Assembly: GCA_049694515.1 (NCBI GenBank)
Contig: JBAVQZ010000085.1
Coordinates: 1 to 29,984 of the forward strand
Length of the DNA stretch: 29,984 nt
Direction: 5' to 3'
DNA from: Paracoccaceae bacterium
GTDB lineage: Bacteria > Pseudomonadota > Alphaproteobacteria > Rhodobacterales > Rhodobacteraceae
In this document: positions 15,643 to 26,376 of the stretch, piece after piece
Position numbering within the stretch: position 1 is the stretch's first letter
Layout of the letters: every line of letters begins with the position of its first letter
The notes under the pieces: generated by a model
The model's database searches: none
What the model was told of the DNA's origin: nothing
Seen by the model: the letters and a program-made list of their open reading frames with translations, nothing else
Position numbers and translations under genes: made by a program

Positions 15643-18600
15643 ATGCCGAAGAGAACCGATATCAGTTCGATCATGATCATCGGCGCCGGGCCCATCATCA
15701 TCGGTCAGGCCTGCGAGTTCGACTATTCCGGCGCACAGGCCTGCAAGGCGCTGCGGGAAGAGGGATACCGGGTGATCCTGGTCAACTCGAACCCGGCGAC
15801 GATCATGACCGATCCCGGCCTTGCCGACGCCACCTATATCGAGCCGATCACCCCCGAGGTCGTCGCCAGGATCATCGAGAAGGAGCGCCCCGATGCGCTG
15901 CTGCCGACGATGGGCGGGCAGACGGGCCTGAATACCGCGCTGGCGGTGGCCGACATGGGCGTGTTGGACAAGTTCGGGGTGGAGCTTATCGGCGCCAACC
16001 GAGAAGCCATCGAGATGGCCGAGGACCGCAAGCTGTTCCGCGAGGCGATGGACCGGATCGGGCTGGAGAACCCCAAGGCGACGATTGCCGAGACGATGGA
16101 CGAATGCATGGCCGCGCTTGAGCATGTCGGGCTGCCCGCGATCATCCGCCCGGCCTATACGTTGGGCGGTACCGGGGGCGGGGTGGCCTATAACCGCGAC
16201 GATTACATGCATTACTGCCGCTCGGGGCTGGACGCCTCGCCGGTCAGTCAGATCCTGATCGACGAGAGCCTGCTGGGCTGGAAGGAATTCGAGATGGAGG
16301 TGGTCCGAGACAAGGCGGACAACTGCATCATCGTCTGTTCCATCGAGAACGTCGATCCGATGGGGGTGCATACCGGCGATTCCGTCACCGTGGCGCCCGC
16401 GCTGACGCTGACCGACAAGGAATACCAGATCATGCGTAACGGCTCCATCGCCGTGCTGCGCGAGATCGGGGTGGAGACCGGCGGCTCCAACGTGCAATGG
16501 GCGGTCAACCCCGAGGACGGCCGCATGGTGGTGATCGAGATGAACCCGCGGGTGTCGCGTTCGTCTGCTCTGGCGTCCAAGGCGACGGGCTTTCCGATCG
16601 CCAAGATCGCCGCGAAGCTGGCCGTGGGATATACGCTGGACGAGCTGGACAACGACATCACCAAGGTCACGCCCGCCAGCTTCGAGCCGACGATCGACTA
16701 TGTCGTGACCAAGATCCCGCGCTTCGCGTTCGAGAAGTTTCCCGGCTCGGAACCGTTGCTCTCGACCTCGATGAAATCGGTGGGCGAGGCGATGGCGATC
16801 GGCCGCACAATCCACGAATCGCTTCAAAAGGCGCTGGCCTCGATGGAGACCGGCCTGACCGGGTTCGACGAGATCGTGATCGACGGCGCGCCGGACCGGG
16901 CCGCCCTGGTGGCCGCGTTGTCGCGCCAGACGCCCGACCGGATGCGGATTATCGCCCAGGCGATGCGTCACGGGTTGAGCGATGACGAGATCCAGCACGC
17001 GACCTCTTACGACCCGTGGTTCCTGGCCCGCATCCGCGAGATCGTGGAGACCGAGGAGGCGGTCCGCAAGGAGGGTCTGCCGGTGACCGAGGAAGGCCTG
17101 CGCCGGCTGAAGATGATGGGCTTCACCGATGCGCGGCTGGCCGCCCTCACCGGTCGCGACGAGGCGCAGGTGCGCCGGGCGCGGCACAATCTGGGCGTGC
17201 GTGCGGTGTTCAAGCGGATCGACACCTGCGCCGCCGAGTTCGAGGCGCAGACGCCCTATATGTACTCCACCTACGAAAGCCCGGTTATGGGCGAGGTGGA
17301 ATGCGAGGCGCGGCCCAGCGACCGCAAGAAAGTGGTGATCCTTGGCGGCGGGCCCAACCGGATCGGGCAGGGGATCGAATTCGATTACTGCTGCTGCCAC
17401 GCCTGTTTCGCGCTGACCGGCGCGGGCTATGAGACGATCATGGTCAACTGCAACCCCGAGACGGTCAGCACCGACTATGACACGTCGGACCGGCTGTATT
17501 TCGAGCCGCTGACCTTCGAGCACGTCATGGAGATCCTGCGGGTCGAGCAGGAGAACGGCACGCTGCACGGCGTCATCGTGCAGTTCGGCGGGCAGACGCC
17601 ACTGAAACTGGCCAACGGGCTGGAGGCCGAGGGCATCCCGATCCTGGGCACCACGCCCGACGCCATCGACCTGGCCGAGGATCGCGAGCGGTTTCAGGAT
17701 CTGGTCAACCGGCTTGGCCTGAAGCAGCCGAAGAACGGCATCGCCTCGACCGACGCGCAGGCGCTGGCGATTGCCGAGAGCATCGGCTTCCCGCTGGTGA
17801 TCCGGCCCTCCTACGTGCTGGGTGGCCGCGCGATGGAGATCGTGCGCGACATGCCCCATCTGGAGCGCTACATAAACGAAGCCGTCGTCGTGTCGGGCGA
17901 CAGCCCGGTCCTGCTGGACAGCTATCTTTCCGGCGCCGTGGAATGCGACGTGGACGCCGTCTCGGACGGTGAGAAGGTGCATGTCGCCGGCATCATGCAG
18001 CATATCGAGGAGGCCGGCGTGCATTCCGGCGACAGCGCCTGTTCGCTGCCGCCCTATTCCCTGTCGCCCGAGATCGTGGAGGAGTTGCACCGCCAGACCG
18101 AGGCGTTGGCGCTGGAGCTTGGCGTGATCGGCCTGATGAACGTGCAGTTCGCGGTCAAGGACGGCGAGATCTTCCTGATCGAGGTCAACCCGCGCGCCTC
18201 GCGCACCGTGCCCTTCGTGGCCAAGGCGACCGACAGTGCCATCGCCTCGATCGCGGCGCGGGTGATGGCGGGCGAGAAGCTCTCGGCATTCCCGATGCGC
18301 CCGCCCTATCCGGCGGGCACGGGCCCGGACGACCCGCTGCCGCTGGCCGACCAGATGAGCCTTGCCGACCCGAACATGCCGTGGTTCTCGGTGAAAGAGG
18401 CGGTGATGCCCTTCGCGCGCTTCCCCGGCGTGGACACGATCCTGGGCCCCGAGATGCGCTCAACCGGCGAGGTGATGGGCTGGGACCGCTCCTTCCCGCG
18501 GGCCTTCCTGAAGGCGCAGATGGGCGCGGGCGTGGTGCTGCCGACCGAGGGGCGGGTGTTCTTCTCGATCAAGGATGCCGACAAGACCGCGCAGCTGGCC

Positions 18601-18936
18601 CATACCGCCGAGATTCTGGTCGATCTGGGCTTCTCCATCGTCGCCACGCGCGGCACGGCGGCCTTCCTTGAGGGGCACGGAATCGCCTGCGATGTGGTCA
18701 ACAAGGTCTATGAGGGGCGTCCCAACATCGTGGACATGATGAAGGATGACCGGATCGCCCTGGTGATGAACACCACCGAAGGCGCGCAGGCGGTCGAGGA
18801 CAGCCGCGAGATCCGCTCGGTCGCGCTTTACGACAAGATCCCCTATTACACCACCGCCGCCGCGGCCCATGCCGCCGCGCTTGCGATGAAGAGCCGGGAC
18901 GAAGGCGAGATCCGCGTCAGATCGTTGCAGGGCTGA
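15643..18936 (+). CDS. carB: Carbamoyl-phosphate synthase large subunit
   Basis: [17 protein letters not shown], two ATP-grasp domains ([19 protein letters not shown]), C-terminal MGS domain. Confidence 0.99.
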   Translation: MPKRTDISSIMIIGAGPIIIGQACEFDYSGAQACKALREEGYRVILVNSNPATIMTDPGLADATYIEPITPEVVARIIEKERPDALLPTMGGQTGLNTALAVADMGVLDKFGVELIGANREAIEMAEDRKLFREAMDRIGLENPKATIAETMDECMAALEHVGLPAIIRPAYTLGGTGGGVAYNRDDYMHYCRSGLDASPVSQILIDESLLGWKEFEMEVVRDKADNCIIVCSIENVDPMGVHTGDSVTVAPALTLTDKEYQIMRNGSIAVLREIGVETGGSNVQWAVNPEDGRMVVIEMNPRVSRSSALASKATGFPIAKIAAKLAVGYTLDELDNDITKVTPASFEPTIDYVVTKIPRFAFEKFPGSEPLLSTSMKSVGEAMAIGRTIHESLQKALASMETGLTGFDEIVIDGAPDRAALVAALSRQTPDRMRIIAQAMRHGLSDDEIQHATSYDPWFLARIREIVETEEAVRKEGLPVTEEGLRRLKMMGFTDARLAALTGRDEAQVRRARHNLGVRAVFKRIDTCAAEFEAQTPYMYSTYESPVMGEVECEARPSDRKKVVILGGGPNRIGQGIEFDYCCCHACFALTGAGYETIMVNCNPETVSTDYDTSDRLYFEPLTFEHVMEILRVEQENGTLHGVIVQFGGQTPLKLANGLEAEGIPILGTTPDAIDLAEDRERFQDLVNRLGLKQPKNGIASTDAQALAIAESIGFPLVIRPSYVLGGRAMEIVRDMPHLERYINEAVVVSGDSPVLLDSYLSGAVECDVDAVSDGEKVHVAGIMQHIEEAGVHSGDSACSLPPYSLSPEIVEELHRQTEALALELGVIGLMNVQFAVKDGEIFLIEVNPRASRTVPFVAKATDSAIASIAARVMAGEKLSAFPMRPPYPAGTGPDDPLPLADQMSLADPNMPWFSVKEAVMPFARFPGVDTILGPEMRSTGEVMGWDRSFPRAFLKAQMGAGVVLPTEGRVFFSIKDADKTAQLAHTAEILVDLGFSIVATRGTAAFLEGHGIACDVVNKVYEGRPNIVDMMKDDRIALVMNTTEGAQAVEDSREIRSVALYDKIPYYTTAAAAHAAALAMKSRDEGEIRVRSLQG

Positions 18937-19016
18937 GGTCCGCCTCCGCCAGGGTTGCGGCGGCGTCGCGGATTGAGTCAAATGCCCGGCAGCGGCGCGC
19001 GGGCAGGGGGCCTTGC

Positions 19017-19460
19017 ATGGTTCATCAGATTTTCATCGGCAGTTGCCTGATCCTTGCCACGATCATCGTCGCTTCGCTGGGGTTCTGGGTCGCCGAGGGC
19101 GGCGTGTCGCGCTTCGGTCCGTGGCTGGTGCGCCGGCCGCACACGCCGAAGCTGGCGCTGGTTCTGATCGTCGCGGTCCTGATCGTGCTGGGGGTGCTGA
19201 CCGTCTCGATCTGGCTCTGGGCGCTGACCTTTCTTTGGCTGGGCGTGTTCGCGCAGTTGGAGCCGTCGGTCTATTTCTCGCTGGTGGTGTTCACGACGCT
19301 GGGTTACGGCGATGTCATCCTGTCGCCCGACTGGCGGATTCTGGGCGGGCTGGCCGCGGCCAACGGACTGCTGAACATGGGATTGAACACGGCGCTGCTG
19401 GTCGAGATCCTGCGCCGCGTCCGGTCGCAGCAGGCGGCGGGCACGACCGACGAGGGCTAG
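19017..19460 (+). CDS. Small potassium channel family protein (pore domain only)
   Basis: Pore helix and filter YFSLVVFTTLGYGDV flanked by TM helices. Confidence 0.88.
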   Translation: MVHQIFIGSCLILATIIVASLGFWVAEGGVSRFGPWLVRRPHTPKLALVLIVAVLIVLGVLTVSIWLWALTFLWLGVFAQLEPSVYFSLVVFTTLGYGDVILSPDWRILGGLAAANGLLNMGLNTALLVEILRRVRSQQAAGTTDEG

Positions 19461-19487
19461 GTGGCCTGTCAGTAAATCGCCACATGG

Positions 19488-19534
19488 GAAAAACGAAACC
19501 GCCCGCCACGCGGATTCCAGGGCGTGGCGGGCGG
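19488..19534 (-). terminator. Rho-independent terminator of the ect operon (possibly bidirectional)
   Basis: 13-bp perfect stem CCGCCCGCCACGC (19499-19511) / GCGTGGCGGGCGG (19522-19534); minus-strand tail TTTCGTTTTT. Confidence 0.8.
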
Positions 19535-19564
19535 GGCTTCTGCAGTGTCTTCGGTTCCGGGCGC

Positions 19565-20998
19565 TCAGGCGACCTGCTTCAGCCGGGCCTTTCGAGGCTC
19601 TTCGACCAGCGCCGCGTGAAGCACCTTGATCGCCTCGTCCATCCGGTCGCGCGGGACGACGAACTGCGCGTCGACGTTGCGCGTGGTCTGCTGCACGGCG
19701 ACGGGTTCGATGCCCGCCTCCTCCAGCGTGGTCAGGCCGCGTGACAGGACACGCAGCCCGGACAGATCGCGCCCGATCGCCGCCACGACGCCCAGGTTTC
19801 GCGCCTTGAGCGAGGCGGTGGGATAGATCCCCTCCAGGTCACGTTCCACCCGGCGCACCGATTTGAGCGGCGCGTCGAGATAGTGGGTGATGGTGTTGGC
19901 GTTGGAGGTTTTCGCCACGATCCGCACCTTGTGGCGTGTCAGCACGTCCAGCACGGCGGTGTCGTAGCCCTTCACGCCGACCATGTCCTGTTCGAACAGT
20001 TCCAGCGCATAGACGCCGAGGCCCGTGACCATCTCGACCCGCGGCTCTTTTGTCTCCTGATCATCGATCAGTGTGCCGGGGTCGTCGGGCTCGAACGCGT
20101 TGGTCACGCGCAGCGGGATGCCCGCCTGGCGCAGCATCTTGGCGGCCTTCGGGTGCACCGCCTCCATCCCCATGTTGGACAGCTGGTCGGCCACGTCGTA
20201 GTTGGTGTGGCCCATCTTCACCACGGCGTCCGCGCCCACCAGCTTGGGATCGGCCGAGGAGAGGTGGAACTCCTTGTGGATGATCGCCTCTTTCGCGCCG
20301 GTCAGCGCCGCGATCTTGGAGAACGTCACCTCGGAATAGCCGCGGTCGAACTCCTTCATCAGGCCATCGGCGCACTGGGCATAGCCGGTGACGATGGCCA
20401 GTTCGCGCGAAAGGTCCACATCCTCCAGCCCGTGGTTGATGCGTTCTTCCAGCGAATAGCTGCCCTCGTCGCGCCAGCCCGAGAGATCCACGAAACGCGC
20501 ATCGACGCCCGCGCGGCGCAGCAGCGTCGCGGTGACATGGGCCGAGTGCGCCTCGCCCAGTCCGGAGAGAAGCTCGCGGATGATGAGCATGTGCTGCGAC
20601 AGGCGGAAATGCCCGTAGGAGCACAGCCGCTGCAGGTCGATCAGGCACGACCGCGCCCCCTCGATCCGCTCGCGCACGAAGTCGTCGGCGGCCGAGATGT
20701 CGGCAGGGTGGTCGAGCACGGCGCGATGCGCCTCGCCCATCGCCTCGGCCACGCGGTTCAGCGCGTCAGACCAGCCGTGATCGTTGTCGGCATTGGCGAA
20801 CAGGGCATAGACCCCCGGCTCGCCCGATTTCTTGTGTTCCAGCAGCAGGTCGGTGATGCCGCCGAAGGCGGAGACCACGAAGATCCGGTTGTAGAGGTCC
20901 GGCCCCTCGCGGTCGCCGATGAAGAGCGTGTCCCTGAGTTCATGGACACGGCTCATGGATGTCCCGCCGATCTTCTCGACGGTGTGCGAATTGGTCAC
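19565..20998 (-). CDS. ask: Ectoine-associated aspartate kinase
   Basis: VEKIGGTSM, FVVSAFGG, FDRGYSE, LSSADP, GMEAVHP; last gene of the ect cluster; GTG start. Confidence 0.95.
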   Translation of the reverse strand: MTNSHTVEKIGGTSMSRVHELRDTLFIGDREGPDLYNRIFVVSAFGGITDLLLEHKKSGEPGVYALFANADNDHGWSDALNRVAEAMGEAHRAVLDHPADISAADDFVRERIEGARSCLIDLQRLCSYGHFRLSQHMLIIRELLSGLGEAHSAHVTATLLRRAGVDARFVDLSGWRDEGSYSLEERINHGLEDVDLSRELAIVTGYAQCADGLMKEFDRGYSEVTFSKIAALTGAKEAIIHKEFHLSSADPKLVGADAVVKMGHTNYDVADQLSNMGMEAVHPKAAKMLRQAGIPLRVTNAFEPDDPGTLIDDQETKEPRVEMVTGLGVYALELFEQDMVGVKGYDTAVLDVLTRHKVRIVAKTSNANTITHYLDAPLKSVRRVERDLEGIYPTASLKARNLGVVAAIGRDLSGLRVLSRGLTTLEEAGIEPVAVQQTTRNVDAQFVVPRDRMDEAIKVLHAALVEEPRKARLKQVA

Positions 20999-21038
20999 TG
21001 ATCATATCATCTCCGGTTTGCCGGGGATGACCCCTGAA

Positions 21039-21428
21039 TTAGTCCGCCGGAGCGTAGGAACCGTCTGCTTGGTGCACTTCCTTGCCCGTCACGGGCGGGT
21101 TGAAGCAGCAGGCCATTACCAGGTCCTCCCCGGAATCGGCGCGCACGGTATGCTTGTCGTGCTGGTCGAGCGCATACATGACGCCGGGCTTGATCTCGAA
21201 CGTCTCGCCGCTGGCGAGGTCGGTGATCGAGCCGGTTCCGGACACACAATAGACGCTCTCGAAGTGGTGCTTGTAGTGGAACGTGTGCTCCGAGCCGGCC
21301 TTGAGATACGTGATGTGGAAGGAAAATCCCATCCCGTCATCGGCCAGAAGCATGCGAACCGAGGTCCATTGCGCGTCGGAAACCGCGCGGTCGGTATCTT
21401 TCAGTTTGTTGAGGTCACGTACGATCAT
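21039..21428 (-). CDS. ectC: L-ectoine synthase
   Basis: MIVRDL, WTSVRMLL, MGFSFHIT, HYKHHFESVYC, YALDQHDKH, FNPPVTGKEVH. Confidence 0.97.
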   Translation of the reverse strand: MIVRDLNKLKDTDRAVSDAQWTSVRMLLADDGMGFSFHITYLKAGSEHTFHYKHHFESVYCVSGTGSITDLASGETFEIKPGVMYALDQHDKHTVRADSGEDLVMACCFNPPVTGKEVHQADGSYAPAD

Positions 21429-21434
21429 ACAGAG

Positions 21435-22727
21435 TTACTCCGCTGCGAATTTTACGGGAAGGACGGCGTCCACCGCCGCCTCCAGGATGTCCAGTCCTTC
21501 CTTGAACTGCTCCATCGGCGTGGTCAGCGGCGCCAGCACCTTGACGACCTCGTCATCCGCGCCCGAGGTTTCGATGATAAGGCCGTTGCGGAAGGCTTCG
21601 GCACAGATGTCGGAGGCCAGCTTGCCAGACCCGACGTCGATGCCCCGCATCATGCCGCGGCCCTTGAGCTTGGCCTCGTCGCCGATACGGGCGGCGATAC
21701 CGCTCAGGCGTTCTTCCAGAACCTGGCTTTTCAGCGCGATCTGGTTGCGGAACCGTTCGTCGGCCCAGAATTTCTCGAGCGCGACGCGCGCGGTCACGAA
21801 GGCATGGGTGTTGCCGCGGAAGGTGCCGTTGTGCTCGGCCGGCTTCCAGATGTCGTATTCCGGCTTGATCAGCAGCGTGGCAAAAGGCAGGCCGAAGCCC
21901 GAGAGCGACTTGGCAAGCGTCACCATGTCGGGCTCGATGCCCATGCCGTCGAAGCTGAAGAAGCTGCCGGTGCGGCCGATGCCGGCCTGGATGTCATCCA
22001 CGATCAGCAGCGCGCCATGCTCTTTCGCAAGATCGGCGATGCCCTGAACCCATTCGGTCGAGGCCGCGTTGAGGCCGCCTTCGCCCTGAACCAGTTCGAG
22101 GATGAACGCCGCGGGCGCATCGACGCCGCTGGAGCTGTTGGCCAGCATCGCGCGGGCGATTTCAAGCGTGTCCACCTCGTCGCCCATCGAGTTCTCGAAG
22201 GGCAGGTGGGTCACGTCGTTCAGCGACACACCGCCGGCGCCGTTACGCTTGCCGGCATTGCCGGTCAGCGCCAGCGAGCCAAGCGTCATTCCGTGGAACC
22301 CGTTGGTGAAGGCGATCACGTTGCGCCGGCCGGTCACCTTGCGGGCCAGCTTGATCGACGCCTCAACGGCGTTGGTACCGGTGGGACCGGTCATCATCAC
22401 CTTGTGGTCCATGCCGCGCGGGAACAGCACCGTCTCCTCGAACGCCTTGAGGAAGGCGGCCTTGGTGTCGGTGTACATGTCCAGGCCGTGGGCGATGCCA
22501 TTGCCGGCGATATGGTCGATCAACGCGGCCTTCATGTCAGGATCGTTGTGGCCGTAGTTCAGCGACGAGCAGCCGGCGAGGAAGTCGATGTAGTCGCGAC
22601 CCTCGGCATCGGTCATCGTGCTGCCTTCGGCACGGGTGAAAACGGTATCGAAGTTCCGGCAATAGCTGCGGACTTCGGATTCGCGCCGGGCGAAAATCTC
22701 TTTGTCGGTTGTCTCTTCGGTGGGCAT
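21435..22727 (-). CDS. ectB: Diaminobutyrate--2-oxoglutarate transaminase
   Basis: ESEVRSYCR, LNYGHN, GPTGTNAVE, VQGEGG, DDIQAG, LAKSLSG (PLP Lys), EHNGTFRG. Confidence 0.97.
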   Translation of the reverse strand: MPTEETTDKEIFARRESEVRSYCRNFDTVFTRAEGSTMTDAEGRDYIDFLAGCSSLNYGHNDPDMKAALIDHIAGNGIAHGLDMYTDTKAAFLKAFEETVLFPRGMDHKVMMTGPTGTNAVEASIKLARKVTGRRNVIAFTNGFHGMTLGSLALTGNAGKRNGAGGVSLNDVTHLPFENSMGDEVDTLEIARAMLANSSSGVDAPAAFILELVQGEGGLNAASTEWVQGIADLAKEHGALLIVDDIQAGIGRTGSFFSFDGMGIEPDMVTLAKSLSGFGLPFATLLIKPEYDIWKPAEHNGTFRGNTHAFVTARVALEKFWADERFRNQIALKSQVLEERLSGIAARIGDEAKLKGRGMMRGIDVGSGKLASDICAEAFRNGLIIETSGADDEVVKVLAPLTTPMEQFKEGLDILEAAVDAVLPVKFAAE

Positions 22728-22769
22728 TTGGGGGATCCTTCCTCGAAAATGAATGTCTGACGCGGCGGG

Positions 22770-23312
22770 TCAGGCGGCCAGTTTCAGCTCTTCGGCCAAT
22801 GTGATCGTCACCATGTGTTCGGTGGCGTGGATGCCGCGGAAATGGGTGTCACGGGTATAGTATGCCTCGCTGTCCAGCTGCGCGCCAAGCTTTTCCGCAA
22901 AGCGCGAGAACAGCCCCCAGGACGCGGCGTTGTCGCTGGTGATCGTGGTCTGCAGGCGGAACACGCCATCGCAGGCGTCGCGCGCGAGAAGGTGATTCAG
23001 CATGCGCCCGCCAAGCCCTTGGCCGCGCGCGGCTCCGGAAACGGCAACCTGCCACACGAAAAGCGACTCGGGGTCGCTGGGCGTGACATAGGCCGAAATC
23101 CAGCCGACGATCTTCCCGTCCATCTCGGCCACCACGCAGGTGTCCGCGAAATGGTCGCACTGCAGCAGGTTGCAATACATGGAGTTCTCGTCCAGCGGCT
23201 TGCACTCGCGGATCAGCGCCCAGATCGCGGCGCCGTCTTCCTGCTCGGGCGTCCGGAAGGTGATCTTGGGGCTCGGTTTGCTTGTCATTGTCTTCAGATT
23301 CCGGCTTTGCAT
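22770..23312 (-). CDS. ectA: Diaminobutyrate acetyltransferase
   Basis: PLDENSMYCNLLQCDHF, LFVWQVAV, RGQGLG, TTITSDNAASWGLF. AAAGAGG before ATG 23312; an alternative start at 23288 is possible. Confidence 0.95.
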   Translation of the reverse strand: MQSRNLKTMTSKPSPKITFRTPEQEDGAAIWALIRECKPLDENSMYCNLLQCDHFADTCVVAEMDGKIVGWISAYVTPSDPESLFVWQVAVSGAARGQGLGGRMLNHLLARDACDGVFRLQTTITSDNAASWGLFSRFAEKLGAQLDSEAYYTRDTHFRGIHATEHMVTITLAEELKLAA

Positions 23313-23342
23313 ACTAACCTCTTTCTGCGTTCGGTTAGTGGA

Positions 23343-23380
23343 TATAGTTAGCCTTATGAAATTTCAACAGGCTAAGTATA
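23343..23380. promoter_or_regulatory. 38-bp imperfect palindrome; candidate EctR/CosR operator
   Basis: TATAGTTAGCCTTATGAAA|TTTCAACAGGCTAAGTATA, 16 of 19 positions symmetric, 30 bp upstream of ectA. Confidence 0.65.
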
Positions 23381-23580
23381 AATCAGGAGAAATTGGCAAG
23401 AAGCGGCAAGGTTTACCGAAGAAAACCGAAGAAAAGTCCGTGAATCCCGTAAAATTCCCCTTGCATTTTGCCGCAATTAGTTTGTCTTGCGAAGATACGA
23501 TTGCCGGATCGGGGGTGATAAGTCTTGATCCTTGCCGATTTTGATGGATTCTCCTGCTGTGGAACAAGGTGGAGGGCTTC

Positions 23581-24066
23581 GTGAAACGGTCCGATATCAG
23601 TCTGATCGCCCTGCGGCGCATCCTGCGCGCGACCGAGCTTTACGGTCGCGAACTGGCCAAATCAGCCGGTCTGACGGCGGTGCAGATACGGGTTCTGCAG
23701 ATCGTCGCGGAAAATGGCACCAGCACGCCCAAGGCGCTGTCGACGCGGATGGGGGTGAGCCAAGCGACGATCACCACGCTGATCGACCGGCTTGTTGCAA
23801 AGGGGCTGGTCGAACGGCAGCGCTCGGAGGCGGACCGCCGGCAGACGAACATTTTTCTCACCGAGGAGGGGCGCGCCGCGATCGAACGCGCGCCAGACCC
23901 GCTGCAGGACCGCTATGTCGATGAATTCGACGCGCTTCCGGACTGGGAGCAGGCGATGATCGTGGCGGCGCTGGAGCGGGTGGCGTCGCTGCTGAACGCG
24001 GGCAATATGGATGCCGCGCCGGTGCTGGATCCCGGCGACATCAAGCGTCACCATCCCGGAAGCTGA
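23581..24066 (+). CDS. ectR: MarR-family regulator of ectoine synthesis (EctR/CosR-like)
   Basis: [14 protein letters not shown], winged [34 protein letters not shown]; divergent from ectA. GGAGG before GTG 23581. Confidence 0.88.
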   Translation: MKRSDISLIALRRILRATELYGRELAKSAGLTAVQIRVLQIVAENGTSTPKALSTRMGVSQATITTLIDRLVAKGLVERQRSEADRRQTNIFLTEEGRAAIERAPDPLQDRYVDEFDALPDWEQAMIVAALERVASLLNAGNMDAAPVLDPGDIKRHHPGS

Positions 24067-24097
24067 AAATAGCCGTAAAACGCCTGGGCGCTGCCCC

Positions 24098-24126
24098 TTG
24101 CAGCCCCCCGGTCGCGCGCCTAAGAC
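24098..24126 (+). promoter_or_regulatory. Probable promoter of clpP
   Basis: TTGCAG-N17-TAAGAC; also reads TTG-N18-CCTA, so RpoH use is not excluded. Confidence 0.45.
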
Positions 24127-24178
24127 TCTGTCAGGTTATCCGGCCCTATCGTGGGCACAAAGCAACAGGCAGGCGGCA

Positions 24179-24811
24179 ATGAACGATCCTTACGAGACTT
24201 ACATGAACACCCTCGTGCCCATGGTGGTCGAACAGACCTCCCGCGGGGAGCGCGCCTATGACATTTTCTCGCGCCTGCTAAAGGAGCGCATCATCTTCGT
24301 CACCGGGCCGGTGCATGACGGCATGTCTTCGCTCATCGTGGCGCAACTGCTTCACCTTGAGGCGGAAAATCCGTCCAAGGAGATCTCGATGTACATCAAC
24401 AGCCCGGGCGGCGTGGTCACGTCGGGCCTGTCGATCTACGACACGATGCAGTACATCAAGCCCAAGGTCTCGACCCTCGTGGTCGGGCAGGCGGCGTCGA
24501 TGGGATCGCTGTTGCTGGCTGCAGGCGCCGAGGGGATGCGATTCTCGCTGCCCAACTCGCGGATCATGGTCCACCAGCCCTCGGGCGGTTACCAGGGCCA
24601 GGCGACGGATATCATGATCCACGCGCGCGAGACCCAGAAACTGAAGGACCGATTGAACGAGATCTATGTCCGGCATACCGGGCAGAAGCTGAAAGCGGTC
24701 GAGGACGCGCTTGAACGGGACAATTTCATGGCGCCCGAGGACGCGAAGGAATGGGGCCTGATCGACGAGATCGTGGAAAGCCGGCCGCGGCCGGAAGGCG
24801 AAGGCGCCTGA
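24179..24811 (+). CDS. clpP: ATP-dependent Clp protease proteolytic subunit
   Basis: [34 protein letters not shown] (Ser), MVHQP (His), ERDNFM (Asp). Confidence 0.98.
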   Translation: MNDPYETYMNTLVPMVVEQTSRGERAYDIFSRLLKERIIFVTGPVHDGMSSLIVAQLLHLEAENPSKEISMYINSPGGVVTSGLSIYDTMQYIKPKVSTLVVGQAASMGSLLLAAGAEGMRFSLPNSRIMVHQPSGGYQGQATDIMIHARETQKLKDRLNEIYVRHTGQKLKAVEDALERDNFMAPEDAKEWGLIDEIVESRPRPEGEGA

Positions 24812-24851
24812 TCGGGAAAGTCACAACGGACACAGCGTCGGGATTTTGACG

Positions 24852-24880
24852 TTGTGCCCGGAAAATCTCTGCCCTAGGCT
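24852..24880 (+). promoter_or_regulatory. Probable internal promoter of clpX
   Basis: TTGTGC-N17-TAGGCT, same architecture as the clpP promoter. Confidence 0.45.
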
Positions 24881-24951
24881 GATACCCGGAACGGATCAGA
24901 CAGGGCCCAGCGGCGGGTGCCCCGCCGCGCAGCAAGCCCCAGAGGATGGAA

Positions 24952-26217
24952 ATGGCGAACAACTCAGGCAGCGACTCCAAGAACACGCTTTACTGCTCGT
25001 TCTGCGGCAAGAGCCAGCATGAAGTTCGCAAACTGATTGCAGGCCCGACCGTGTTCATCTGCGACGAGTGTGTCGAGCTGTGCATGGACATCATTCGCGA
25101 AGAGACCAAGTCGGGCGGGCTGAAGGCCTCGGAAGGGGTGCCGACCCCGCTTGAGATCTGCAACGTGCTGGACGATTACGTCATCGGACAGTCCCACGCC
25201 AAGCGCGTGCTGTCGGTGGCGGTGCACAATCACTACAAGCGGCTGAACAACGCGGCGAAGTCCGGCGATATCGAGCTTTCGAAATCGAACATCCTGCTGA
25301 TCGGCCCCACCGGATGCGGCAAGACGCTGCTGGCGCAGACCCTGGCGCGCATCCTCGACGTGCCATTCACCATGGCCGACGCCACCACGCTGACCGAGGC
25401 GGGCTATGTCGGCGAGGATGTCGAGAACATTATTCTCAAGCTGCTCCAGTCGTCGGAATACAACGTCGAGCGCGCCCAGCGCGGCATCGTCTATATCGAC
25501 GAGGTCGACAAGATCACCCGCAAGTCGGACAACCCCTCGATCACCCGCGACGTGTCGGGCGAGGGGGTGCAGCAGGCGCTTCTGAAACTGATGGAGGGCA
25601 CCGTGGCCTCGGTCCCGCCACAGGGCGGGCGCAAGCATCCGCAGCAGGAATTCCTTCAGGTGGACACCACCAATATCCTGTTCATCTGCGGCGGCGCGTT
25701 CGCCGGGCTGGAAAAGATCATCTCGCAGCGCGGCAAGGGATCCGCCATCGGCTTTGGCGCCGATGTGAAGGACAACGAGAGCCGCGGCATAGGTGATACC
25801 CTTGGCGACCTGGAGCCCGAGGACCTTCTGAAATTCGGCCTGATCCCGGAATTCGTCGGCCGCCTGCCGGTCATCGCCACCCTTCAGGATCTCGACGAGG
25901 ATGCGCTGGTCACCATCCTGACCCAGCCCAAGAACGCGCTGGTCAAGCAGTATCAACGCCTGTTCGAGTTGGAGGACACCACACTGACCTTCACCGACGA
26001 CGCGCTGAAGGCGATTGCCCACCGAGCGATCGAACGCAAGACCGGCGCGCGCGGCCTTCGCTCGATCATGGAGGATATCCTGCTGGACACGATGTTCGAC
26101 CTGCCGGGGATGGAAACCGTAGAAGAGGTCGTCGTCAACGAAGAGGCCGTGACCTCCGAGGCGGCGCCGCTGATGATCTATGCCGACCAGAAGAAGGAAG
26201 GCGCCAGCGCGGGCTGA
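24952..26217 (+). CDS. clpX: ATP-dependent Clp protease ATP-binding subunit
   Basis: C4 zinc finger CSFC..CDEC, Walker [21 protein letters not shown] loop, TGARGLR. Start at 24952 or 24946. Confidence 0.98.
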   Translation: MANNSGSDSKNTLYCSFCGKSQHEVRKLIAGPTVFICDECVELCMDIIREETKSGGLKASEGVPTPLEICNVLDDYVIGQSHAKRVLSVAVHNHYKRLNNAAKSGDIELSKSNILLIGPTGCGKTLLAQTLARILDVPFTMADATTLTEAGYVGEDVENIILKLLQSSEYNVERAQRGIVYIDEVDKITRKSDNPSITRDVSGEGVQQALLKLMEGTVASVPPQGGRKHPQQEFLQVDTTNILFICGGAFAGLEKIISQRGKGSAIGFGADVKDNESRGIGDTLGDLEPEDLLKFGLIPEFVGRLPVIATLQDLDEDALVTILTQPKNALVKQYQRLFELEDTTLTFTDDALKAIAHRAIERKTGARGLRSIMEDILLDTMFDLPGMETVEEVVVNEEAVTSEAAPLMIYADQKKEGASAG

Positions 26218-26376
26218 CGCGGGTCCGCGCCCCTTCAGCTTCATCTCCCCCGGTCTATTCGAAACCGTTGCGGCATTGCGCGCCAAGCCGCTCCCCCGCT
26301 CTGATTCTCGCGGCCTTGGCACTGGACCTCGCCCGTCACATGGTTCATAGGAGAGGGAGCGTTTCCGGAGGGTTTC

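Noticed and set aside
15499..18090. 863-aa minus-strand ORF opposite carB
   Set aside because: Antisense shadow of a high-GC3 gene; no recognisable motifs.
7060..19534. Shared GGCGGGCGG arm in the dctP hairpin and the ect terminator as a repeat family
   Set aside because: Only about 9 GC-only bases shared; expected by chance at this GC content.
20919..22760. 613-aa plus-strand ORF opposite ectBC (also 19883-21001)
   Set aside because: Antisense shadow; the ect genes explain the sequence.
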